Positions 28,369-36,411 of a DNA stretch of 64,000 nt are shown one piece after another. How positions within the stretch are numbered: position 1 is the first letter of the stretch; each line of letters begins with the position of its first letter. Both the position numbers and the translations under genes were made by a program. The notes below the pieces were generated by a model that saw only the letters and a list, made by a program, of their open reading frames with translations, had not been told where the DNA came from and searched no databases. Origin of the DNA: Bacillota bacterium (lineage in GTDB: Bacteria; Patescibacteriota; Minisyncoccia; Phycocordibacterales; Phycocordibacteraceae); NCBI GenBank assembly GCA_050260455.1, contig JBLNCF010000010.1, positions 37,653-101,652 of the forward strand, given 5' to 3'.

Positions 28369-28827
28369 CTAGGCTTTCCGAGACGCCCAGGGCGGCAGGA
28401 ATAGATCCGCGACGATGAGCGCTATGCTCCCCAGGAATAGGGGCCAAAGAAGCGTGTCGTCCACGGTTCCCGTACTGGTGGGTTCGGCTATAAAGGAGAC
28501 GTTGTACCCCGCCACGACGAGAGCGACTATTATCCCAGCCAGGACCAACGAGAGACCTCGTCTGGGTCGTCCATCAAACGCCAGGACAGCTCCGTAGCCA
28601 ATCCCAGCAAGCAGCCAGGCCAGCGCCATGAGGCCGCCGAAGATCATAAGAACGGACTGACCCACAGTTAGAGGACCGTCCACCCCGAGTTCCGACCCTC
28701 CTGCGGAGGTGCTGGCGTTGACGACAGAGTGCCCCAGACCTGTTACCAGAAAGATGATCAAACTGATCGAGATGGCTAAACCACCTAGGCGGCGGATGTA
28801 CTCGGACATGCGCGTGATGATACTCAC
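28369..28827 (-). CDS. 4-TM membrane protein, hypothetical
   Basis: Four hydrophobic helices. Confidence 0.5.
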   Translation of the reverse strand: MSIITRMSEYIRRLGGLAISISLIIFLVTGLGHSVVNASTSAGGSELGVDGPLTVGQSVLMIFGGLMALAWLLAGIGYGAVLAFDGRPRRGLSLVLAGIIVALVVAGYNVSFIAEPTSTGTVDDTLLWPLFLGSIALIVADLFLPPWASRKA

Positions 28828-28890
28828 GATACCCTCCCAGGGTTGTGGATTCCTGACGGGTTATAGCACGCCCTCCGCCAGAACGGAATC

Positions 28891-29937
28891 TTATTCGATT
28901 TCAAGCGTACCTGGTTTCTCCAGAAGCTCTTGCTCGATACCAATGCGGGATTCCGCGATGCGGTAGACATCCTTATCAATCTTCCCCAGCTCCTTATAGC
29001 CGCTGTTGTAGTGAGAGACTGCCGTTCCAAGCGCTGTACCGAGCTTGCGGTAGTACTCCTCATAACTACCGAGATGCTTCCCGAGCTCCCCTACTCGCTT
29101 CTGGATCTCTTCAGCGCGCTGTTCTATTTGAAGTGCCTTTAAGCCTTGAAGGACCGTTTGGAGATATGCGAGGAAAGAGGTTGGTGAAACGATGATCACT
29201 TTGTGCTTACTTGCTGCACGTTGAATAAGGTTGTCGTCCTCTCCGGCACCCACCTGGTTGGTAAGCAGGTCGTAGTAGATACCCTCCGAAGGAATGAACA
29301 TGAATGCGAAATCCATGGTGCCCTCCTCCGGTCGGATGTACTTGGCAGTTTCCTGGATGCGGAGTTTCAAATCGTTCACAAATGTCTTCTCGTATGCAGC
29401 ACGTTCGGACGGATCGCATTCCATGAGCCGGTTGTAGTTCTCAAGTGAGAACTTCGAGTCCACCGGTACGATCTTGTCGTTCACAAACACCACAGCATCT
29501 ACAATTTCACCGTTCTTAAACGGATACTGCATCTGATACATGCCGGGTGGCAACACATTCTTGAGCACGGTCTCCAAATAGTATTCGCCGAGGATGCCGC
29601 GCTGCTTCGGATTCTTCAGAATGTCCTGAAGGCTCTTCAACTGTTCTGCAAACTTACTGGTCTCGCGGCCAATCTCTTTCACCGAGGTAATCTCTTCGGT
29701 GATTTCCTTGATGAGGCGAGAGGATTCTCCGAGCTGGGTGCGTACCGTCTCATGCATCTGACGCGATGATTCCGACATGCGAGAATCGAGGGCGCGCTCA
29801 AGGCCTTCCAGGCGCTGCATCAGAAGCGGTGCAGAATCATCCTTTGCGTTCTCCCTGCGTCGCATCATGAGGTATAGCCCAATCCCCTGCATAAGGATGA
29901 GGAACCCTACAACAAAAGCCAGAAGCGCTATTTCCAT
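28891..29937 (-). CDS. rmuC: DNA recombination protein RmuC
   Basis: N-terminal TM helix and coiled coil, with the RmuC C-terminal core (FAFMFIPSEGIYYD...VIIVSPTSFLAYL). Confidence 0.8.
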   Translation of the reverse strand: MEIALLAFVVGFLILMQGIGLYLMMRRRENAKDDSAPLLMQRLEGLERALDSRMSESSRQMHETVRTQLGESSRLIKEITEEITSVKEIGRETSKFAEQLKSLQDILKNPKQRGILGEYYLETVLKNVLPPGMYQMQYPFKNGEIVDAVVFVNDKIVPVDSKFSLENYNRLMECDPSERAAYEKTFVNDLKLRIQETAKYIRPEEGTMDFAFMFIPSEGIYYDLLTNQVGAGEDDNLIQRAASKHKVIIVSPTSFLAYLQTVLQGLKALQIEQRAEEIQKRVGELGKHLGSYEEYYRKLGTALGTAVSHYNSGYKELGKIDKDVYRIAESRIGIEQELLEKPGTLEIE

Positions 29938-29983
29938 AGGGTCAGTATACCGCGAGCCCTGGGCACGGTGATATAGTGGATTC

Positions 29984-30253
29984 ATGAGCAAAGAACATCA
30001 CTTCTGGCCCTCCTATGAGCGTATGCCAGACACATCCATCCATCCTGAACGGCTGCAGGAATTGCAGTTTCATCTCGAGTCGGGCGATTATTTCCCTCTC
30101 CTTTCGACCATTCTTGGTTTCCTCGAGGAAGGTATGCGTCAGTGTGAACAGGGCGTGCTCGCGCTCGCACCCGTGGAGGCGGAGGTCCTCGAGAATCTCC
30201 GTATGGACCTCATTTACTTGCACAAACACTACGAGATCAGTCCTAAGTCCTAA
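29984..30253 (+). CDS. hypothetical protein
   Basis: 89-aa ORF. Confidence 0.4.
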   Translation: MSKEHHFWPSYERMPDTSIHPERLQELQFHLESGDYFPLLSTILGFLEEGMRQCEQGVLALAPVEAEVLENLRMDLIYLHKHYEISPKS

Positions 30254-30258
30254 ACCGT

Positions 30259-30714
30259 ATGACCATCCACGAGACCATCAAGGCAACCATCCCTGTGGCC
30301 ATGAAGGCCAAGGACGAAGTGAAGCTCCGCACGTACCGTTCCCTTTCCGCCGCCATGACCAACGAAGTCGTTGCTAAGAAACGAAAGCCCGATGAACTCC
30401 TCACGGACGACGAAGCGCTTGCAGTAATCAAGCGTGCTGTGAATCAGCGCAAGGATTCAATCGAACAGTACACCAACGCAGGACGTCTTGATCTCGCTAT
30501 GCCCGAACAGGAAGAGCTCGCATTTATCGAAGAACTCCTTCCGCCCCAGATGAGCCGAGAGGACATCGAATCCATTGCCCGCGCCAAAATGGCGGAGCTT
30601 GGCGTAACTGATAAAAAGGACATGGGTCGCTTCATGGGAGCGGTTATGCAGGAGGTGAAGGGTCGTGCAGATGGGGGCGACGTGAAAGCTGTCGTCGAGA
30701 GTCTCTTCGCATAA
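30259..30714 (+). CDS. GatB/YqeY-domain protein
   Basis: Full-length YqeY-like pattern. Confidence 0.75.
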   Translation: MTIHETIKATIPVAMKAKDEVKLRTYRSLSAAMTNEVVAKKRKPDELLTDDEALAVIKRAVNQRKDSIEQYTNAGRLDLAMPEQEELAFIEELLPPQMSREDIESIARAKMAELGVTDKKDMGRFMGAVMQEVKGRADGGDVKAVVESLFA

Positions 30715-30719
30715 ATTCT

Positions 30720-30962
30720 ATGGAGGGGTTCTCTTTTAATCGCAAACCAAACCCCGTCAGAAAGGCTCAGCTTACCGGTGATACCCCTGCCCTACAACGT
30801 ATGGCACGTGCTGCAGCTGAAGCTCGAGCTCGTCACCGTGAAGCCATCCGTACCGAAGAAGAAATGCTGCGCATTGCTCAAGAACGGGATCGACTACAAG
30901 GTGAACATGAGCGTGTCGAGCAGGCCAACGAGCACATTATTCCCCCTACGGAATACGATTAG
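30720..30962 (+). CDS. hypothetical charged coiled-coil protein
   Basis: 80-aa ORF. Confidence 0.4.
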   Translation: MEGFSFNRKPNPVRKAQLTGDTPALQRMARAAAEARARHREAIRTEEEMLRIAQERDRLQGEHERVEQANEHIIPPTEYD

Positions 30963-31065
30963 CGCTTCATATTTCGTAAATGAGCCGCTGTGCTATACTC
31001 ACCGCGGCTGAAAAGAAGTCTGGTGTGGTGGGCCCTTTCCTCTCTTCCTGTATTGGGGCACAACC

Positions 31066-31377
31066 ATGACTCAACCGAACCTTGTCGGTGACATAACCTA
31101 CCAACGCGACGATAGAGCAAGTAAAGGATGGTACTTTCGCTTACAAGCGAGATTCCCTCCCGAAGCGGCCAAGAACATATCCCGTAGGAAGGCTTCCGGA
31201 CTGAAGAGGAAGTACCGCGGGCAACTCAAACTAGAATGGTCGTCAGAAGGCTCTCTGGACTCCATAACCATGCGGGTCCTTGCCCACGGCGGCGAAAGTG
31301 CCTGGCTCCAAGCACAGCAGCTCGGCATCGATATATATCGTGCCTTCGGCGTGTTGTTGGGTATCAAACCGACATAA
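31066..31377 (+). CDS. hypothetical protein
   Basis: 103-aa ORF. Confidence 0.4.
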   Translation: MTQPNLVGDITYQRDDRASKGWYFRLQARFPPEAAKNISRRKASGLKRKYRGQLKLEWSSEGSLDSITMRVLAHGGESAWLQAQQLGIDIYRAFGVLLGIKPT

Positions 31378-31511
31378 GTACTTACAGCACCTTACCTAAT
31401 GACCCCGTGCGAGCTTCGGCTCGTGCGGGGCATGGTATTTGCATGCCGCCTCATGCGCGCTATGCTGCCGGAGGCGCCGCGTAAGCGGCTTGAACCATAC
31501 AGGGGGCGTAC

Positions 31512-32234
31512 ATGCGCATACTGCTGATAGACAGTGACCCTGCAGAAGCGCAGGGGTTCGAGCTCGCGCTCAAAAGCGAGGGGTTCAGCGTTACCACCAC
31601 AGATCTCGGCGAAGAAGGAATTGAGTTCGCTCGAAACTACGAGTATGAACTGATTCTTATCGCGCTTGAGTTAACGGACATGATAGCCAGCGATATCATT
31701 CGCACCCTCCGGAATACGAAGGTGAGGACACCTATAGTGATATTCTCCCTCACTGCTGGACCAGAAACCCGGATTAAATGCCTGGATCTGGGGGCCGATG
31801 ATTTCCTCTTTCACCAGTTCCAACCACCAGAACTGGCTACTCGTATTCGTTCGATCGTGCGTAGAGCACACGGACATATGGAATCAGTAATTACGGTTGG
31901 GAATCTGGTGATCAGCCTAAATTCCAGAGAATTCAGCGTGGACGGGAAACGAACTCCTCTTCCACCACTTGAGCACCGGCTGTTGATCCTTCTTGGTTTG
32001 CGCAAAGGCCGCATGGTGTCGCGGGAATCGCTGTTCGCAACCCTTTTTGGGGAAGACGGTGACCAGCCACCCCGAATGGTTGACTCAGTCATCGCTAGGC
32101 TTCGCAGGAAAATAGCCAAGGCTAACGGAGGGGTTAATTACATCCAGACCGAATACAAAACTGGATATGGGTTATTCGAACCCGATACCGAACCAGGAAC
32201 CCTTCTCTTCTTTCGTGCAAGACGCACCGCGTGA
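31512..32234 (+). CDS. OmpR-family response regulator, atypical (phospho-acceptor Asp replaced by Ala, conserved Lys replaced by His)
   Basis: Receiver domain plus winged-helix domain. LILIALELT aligns to OmpR MVLDLMLP, so D55 becomes A. Confidence 0.8.
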   Translation: MRILLIDSDPAEAQGFELALKSEGFSVTTTDLGEEGIEFARNYEYELILIALELTDMIASDIIRTLRNTKVRTPIVIFSLTAGPETRIKCLDLGADDFLFHQFQPPELATRIRSIVRRAHGHMESVITVGNLVISLNSREFSVDGKRTPLPPLEHRLLILLGLRKGRMVSRESLFATLFGEDGDQPPRMVDSVIARLRRKIAKANGGVNYIQTEYKTGYGLFEPDTEPGTLLFFRARRTA

Positions 32235-32243
32235 TCTTACTTT

Positions 32244-33098
32244 GTGCCCGTTATTGAACTGCACCGCCTCGCGCGGTGCTCTTCTTTTTTGAATGAGTAC
32301 CGTACTATGCATCCAATGCTGCGTAGGGTTCAAATAGAAAAACGTGTCGGAGAAACACCACTTCAAGCCATTGAGCGATGGAAGGCAAAGCATCCGTCAT
32401 ATAAAGATATTCCGGCAACCTATGCGGGCCGGCTTGATCCCATGGCTTCAGGAAAGCTTCTCATTCTTTTGGGGGACGAATGCAAACGGAAGGAAGAATA
32501 CAGTAGTCTTGATAAGACATACGACATCGAGGTGCTGCTGGATGTAGGGAGTGATACAGGCGATGTGCTCGGCATAACCAATCCAAGCGAGATCTGTTCC
32601 GAACTGACACCTAATCGCATCAAGGAAGCTCTCGCTGCAGAACTCGGTACACACAGCCATCCCTACCCAGCCTTCTCTTCTAAGCCCGTGAACGGAAAGC
32701 CTCTCTTCCTCCATGCACTTGAGGGAACACTCGACACCATAGAGATTCCCGTCCATGACGAAACTATTTATCGCATCCGCTATCGTGGCTCGTACTCTCT
32801 TACCAACGACGAATTAAAGACTCGCATAGCCTCCCTGCTCGCGCTTGCGCCTTCAACTGACGAGCCGTCGAAACGGGTGGGTGCGGACTTTCGTATCGAT
32901 CAGGTGCGAGAGAGCTGGAATGAAATCCTAAAAACGGAACGGTCATATCATGTATTAAGACTTTCCGTTTCCTGTAGTGCTGGAACCTATATGCGTTCGC
33001 TCGCCGGTCGCATCGGAGAAGCTTTGGAAACGAAGGCTCTCGCATTATCCATACACCGCACACACATCAAGGTCCCGTTCAGATTTGCCCTACGATAA
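32244..33098 (+). CDS. truB: tRNA pseudouridine(55) synthase TruB
   Basis: GRLDPMASGKLLI motif. An alternative start is the Met at 32307. Confidence 0.85.
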   Translation: MPVIELHRLARCSSFLNEYRTMHPMLRRVQIEKRVGETPLQAIERWKAKHPSYKDIPATYAGRLDPMASGKLLILLGDECKRKEEYSSLDKTYDIEVLLDVGSDTGDVLGITNPSEICSELTPNRIKEALAAELGTHSHPYPAFSSKPVNGKPLFLHALEGTLDTIEIPVHDETIYRIRYRGSYSLTNDELKTRIASLLALAPSTDEPSKRVGADFRIDQVRESWNEILKTERSYHVLRLSVSCSAGTYMRSLAGRIGEALETKALALSIHRTHIKVPFRFALR

Positions 33099-33133
33099 AC
33101 GAAAACCGCCGCAGGTAATCCCCCGCGGCGGTC
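33097..33133 (-). repeat. 38-bp repeat, copy 1 (terminator hairpin CCGCCGC...GCGGCGG plus TTTTCGTTTA on the minus strand)
   Basis: TAAACGAAAACCGCCGCAGGTAATCCCCCGCGGCGGTCTG. Near-identical to the copy at 34411-34446. Confidence 0.7.
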
Positions 33134-33153
33134 TGAGTCGTGACCGATGGTCA

Positions 33154-33582
33154 TCAAAGCTGCTTGCCGAACCACAACATATTCTCGCCCCTCCTGCAGC
33201 CAAAGCGTTCATAGAAACGCAGTGCAGTATCGTTGTTGGCTTTAACCTCCAAGTGAAGATAGGTGCCTCCGGCGGTCATTAAACGTACTAGTGTTTTAGC
33301 GAGCAGATGGGTTCCCACTCCTCGTCCTCGGTAGTCCGCTCGAATAAAGTGATTCTCGAGTGTCACCTTGCCGGTCGGGCGATGGTGAGCAGTCAGAGTA
33401 AAGCCGATAAGCTTACCGTCCATCTCCATAGCTAGCAACACGTCGTCTTCGGAACGGATCCAGCACTCAAGCTGTTTCCGTGTCCAGAAACCTTCGCCTC
33501 CGTCTACCTGGAAAGCTGGTTCAGCCTTGGCCATCTCAAGGAGGGCCGGAATGTCTTCCACTGTCAGGTCACGTATGTGCAT
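33154..33582 (-). CDS. GNAT family N-acetyltransferase
   Basis: RGRGVGTHLL acetyl-CoA-binding motif. Confidence 0.8.
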   Translation of the reverse strand: MHIRDLTVEDIPALLEMAKAEPAFQVDGGEGFWTRKQLECWIRSEDDVLLAMEMDGKLIGFTLTAHHRPTGKVTLENHFIRADYRGRGVGTHLLAKTLVRLMTAGGTYLHLEVKANNDTALRFYERFGCRRGENMLWFGKQL

Positions 33583-33624
33583 CTCGGACCCTCCTTTCTA
33601 GATTAAGGAGAACATATCGATTGC

Positions 33625-34395
33625 TTGATGTCAAATAATGGTAAAACAGAGTGTATAATCGAGACCATGAAGAGCAACGAATTCTTCGACATAAACAAAT
33701 TTCCTAGAGATTGGGGCATTATTGTCCTTCCTATTTCAATGAGCCGCATCGGGAATGCACAATCCGCACAGGCCTGTATCGATGCACTTGATTTCTTCCT
33801 CGAAAAGATTGATGTGAATCGCGTTGGTGCAAATTTCCTCTATTCTGAGGGTCTCTACATGAACTTTGAAAAGGATGCTCATGAGACTAAGAATCGTTTT
33901 GCTAATTCGGCGGTCAGTCACATGGGAGCGGTCAGGAACCTTGTTGCTAAGAATCACAGGCGGTTTCAAATCGATCATGCATTCAGTTTTGAATCATGGT
34001 TCCAGATGTATCTATCTCATAAGGATTTCTTTAGCATCCTTAAATCAGTTCGTAAGCTCTATGATGCAGATCCTGAATTCCAGAAATGGGTTGCAAAAGA
34101 TGCGGAAGAACATGGTAAGGAACTCACGGAGCAACAGTTGAGCTTCTATCTGGAAGAACACACGTGGGAGTATCTCCTTATAAACCGTGAGCTAACGATT
34201 CGAAACGATTTTGTGAATGGACGCGAGCAATGGGTTATGTGCGCGTACCCAGGGAGACCAGCTCGAGGTCAGATATACCTCGTGCAGCAAGATCCTTTGA
34301 AACTGAACTGCGATTCAAATCCTTACAAAGGCCAGTACGATCTGTCGGAACGGAAATTCATCGATTATCTAAAGGTTGACCTCGAAACGTTCTGA
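33625..34395 (+). CDS. hypothetical protein (256 aa) in a low-GC segment
   Basis: AT-rich coding sequence with no family recognised. The first ATG is at 33628. Confidence 0.55.
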   Translation: MMSNNGKTECIIETMKSNEFFDINKFPRDWGIIVLPISMSRIGNAQSAQACIDALDFFLEKIDVNRVGANFLYSEGLYMNFEKDAHETKNRFANSAVSHMGAVRNLVAKNHRRFQIDHAFSFESWFQMYLSHKDFFSILKSVRKLYDADPEFQKWVAKDAEEHGKELTEQQLSFYLEEHTWEYLLINRELTIRNDFVNGREQWVMCAYPGRPARGQIYLVQQDPLKLNCDSNPYKGQYDLSERKFIDYLKVDLETF

Positions 34396-34410
34396 CTTTC
34401 CTGATTGTGT

Positions 34411-34446
34411 TAAACGAAAACCGCCGCAGGTAACCCCGCGGCGGCT
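34411..34446 (-). repeat. 38-bp repeat, copy 2 (terminator for the DnaA domain-IV gene)
   Basis: TAAACGAAAACCGCCGCAGGTAACCCCGCGGCGGCTG. Confidence 0.7.
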
Positions 34447-34470
34447 GTCCGTATTAGTCCCGCTACCCTG

Positions 34471-34827
34471 TTACTGGAGCATGCGCACAAGATGTTCACG
34501 ATCGGCAGCTAGGGCCGAGTCTTCTGCACACAGCTCGTCTATCCGACGAATCGCGTGCAGCACAGTGGTATGGTCGCGACCACCGAATCTTCTTCCAATC
34601 GTAGGTAACGATTGATTGGTGAATTGTCGAGCAAGCCACATGGCCAACTGCCGAGGACGCGTGATTTTGCGTTTGCGACGGTCGGTGATCATGTCATCGG
34701 ATGCGAGCTGATAGTGGCCGATCACCAGATCCTGGATTTCTTTCACTGTAATTCGTCTACCTACAGGATTGAAGGTCTGCCCGGATATCGCCGGAGCAGC
34801 CGTACCAGACTCCATAGCGTCGAGCAT
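34471..34827 (-). CDS. standalone DnaA C-terminal (domain IV, DNA-binding) protein
   Basis: ITRPRQLAMWLARQFTNQSLPTIGRRFGGRDHTTVLHAIRRI matches DnaA domain IV. An AGGGAGG SD sits 6 nt before the ATG at 34827. Domains I-III are absent. Confidence 0.7.
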   Translation of the reverse strand: MLDAMESGTAAPAISGQTFNPVGRRITVKEIQDLVIGHYQLASDDMITDRRKRKITRPRQLAMWLARQFTNQSLPTIGRRFGGRDHTTVLHAIRRIDELCAEDSALAADREHLVRMLQ

Positions 34828-34869
34828 TGTCGACCTCCCTAAAATGCTAGCGGACGTAAGCGGATATCG

Positions 34870-34918
34870 CTTCGCCATAGCAGGAAAGGTCCGTAAGACA
34901 CTTCCTGCTATGGCGAAG
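34870..34918. promoter_or_regulatory. perfect 17-bp inverted repeat (CTTCGCCATAGCAGGAA / TTCCTGCTATGGCGAAG) with a 15-nt spacer
   Basis: Located 43 nt upstream of the dnaA-dIV start. Candidate operator or 5' stem-loop. Confidence 0.5.
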
Positions 34919-35015
34919 TACTTCAAGGAACGGCACTGAAAATACGATACGGTCTGTCGCCTGGCCGCGCAAATACTTCCCGTGTGCAATATTTCGTGCT
35001 ATAAAAATCGCACTT

Positions 35016-35087
35016 GGCCCTATCGTCTAATGGTTAGGACACCGCCCTCTCACGGCGGTAATCGGGGTTCGAATCCCCGTAGGGTCA
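35016..35087 (+). tRNA. tRNA-Glu (anticodon CUC)
   Basis: Cloverleaf resolved by hand: acceptor GGCCCTA/TAGGGTC, anticodon loop CTCTCAC, T-loop GGTTCGAATCC. No encoded CCA. Confidence 0.85.
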
Positions 35088-35093
35088 CACGTA

Positions 35094-35128
35094 GAAATAC
35101 CCGGCAGCAGCCGGGATTTCTATTTCTT
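35094..35128 (+). terminator. terminator after tRNA-Glu
   Basis: GAAATACCCGGC-AGCA-GCCGGGATTTC followed by TATTTCTT. Confidence 0.65.
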
Positions 35129-36409
35129 CCTCTTCCACTGTCTGTCCTGACGGACAAGCTTATCTGTGTCCGCAGGATTCGCGAGTAGTGCTTCAACGAT
35201 GCGCTCCATGCGCATGGATTGCGAGCCCTTCACCATTACAGCATCTCCCTCCCCCACTATGGTGAGCAGATACTCTGCAGCCTCGTTTGAGGTCTCGAAG
35301 CACTTGATAGCGTCCTCTGTCATTCCCCTTTCTGATGCCGGCGCACACATCGCGGCAGAACGCGAACCTACCGCAATGAGCATGTCCGCATATTCCGCTG
35401 CGGCAGCACCGATGCGTGCATGTTCTTCTTTCGAATATCGTCCGAGCTCAAGCATGTCACCAATCACCGCAATACGTCGAGATTTTGATGTGAGGAGCGC
35501 AAGTGCACGAAGGGCTTCCTGTACAGCGGCGGGTGATGCGTTATACGACTCATCGATAAGCACCGAACCGTTCTTCCCTGCAAGAAGACGACCACGAGCA
35601 GCTGGAGGGACATAGGTGTCGAGACTGGTAAGTGCCTCGGAGAGTGGTATGGAAAGAGCGTACGCGGTCGCGAGCGCCGCAGCCGGAGCAAGTATCTGGG
35701 GACGCCCAAGAGCATGAGCTGCCTTGAGCGTATAGTGCTTTCCATTGACTGTCGCGACGGCTTGCATTCCCACCGGGATGCCGTTGTCATACACAACCGT
35801 GGGTTCCTCCACACGAATATCGGCTTCATCACTGAAGCCGAATAGCGTCACTTTGGCCTCCGTATTCTTTGCCATCGTGCGTGCGTGCGTATCAAGTGCT
35901 GCGAGAATGAGCGGCGCACCGGAAGGAAGTGCATACGCAGGAGCAAACTCCTCTTCACGTACTGCTTGAGGTGTCGCATATGCTTCCACATGCACCGGTA
36001 CTTCAGGAAGGCGCGTTACCACAACCGCGTCCGGAGTGGCGATCTTAAGAATACGTGCGAGGTCACCTGGACGGTCAGCACCCACTTCAAGCACCAGCGT
36101 CTCGGGATAGGAGGATGGGAAGAGAATAAGTTCGATCGCACGAACGAAGACCGCGATCCAGGCAACGGGGTTGGTCCACGGATTCTCGACACCAATGATA
36201 GTGAGCGGTACGCCGAACTCGCTGTTGTAGCTTTTTTCGCTCGCGCGCACCGAGCCCTGACCGGATAGGGCTGCAGCCACTGCGTCCTTGGTACTGGTCT
36301 TCCCTACGCTACCCGTGATCATGATGATCTTGGGTCGGTATTTGGAAAGGATACGGCGCGATAGAAAAGCCAGGAGCGAAGCGATGGGCGACTTAAATAT
36401 CCGTTTCAT
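35120..36409 (-). CDS. murF: UDP-MurNAc-tripeptide--D-Ala-D-Ala ligase MurF
   Basis: ITGSVGKTSTKD P-loop and Mur ligase architecture. Confidence 0.85.
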   Translation of the reverse strand: MKRIFKSPIASLLAFLSRRILSKYRPKIIMITGSVGKTSTKDAVAAALSGQGSVRASEKSYNSEFGVPLTIIGVENPWTNPVAWIAVFVRAIELILFPSSYPETLVLEVGADRPGDLARILKIATPDAVVVTRLPEVPVHVEAYATPQAVREEEFAPAYALPSGAPLILAALDTHARTMAKNTEAKVTLFGFSDEADIRVEEPTVVYDNGIPVGMQAVATVNGKHYTLKAAHALGRPQILAPAAALATAYALSIPLSEALTSLDTYVPPAARGRLLAGKNGSVLIDESYNASPAAVQEALRALALLTSKSRRIAVIGDMLELGRYSKEEHARIGAAAAEYADMLIAVGSRSAAMCAPASERGMTEDAIKCFETSNEAAEYLLTIVGEGDAVMVKGSQSMRMERIVEALLANPADTDKLVRQDRQWKRKK

Positions 36410-36411
36410 AT

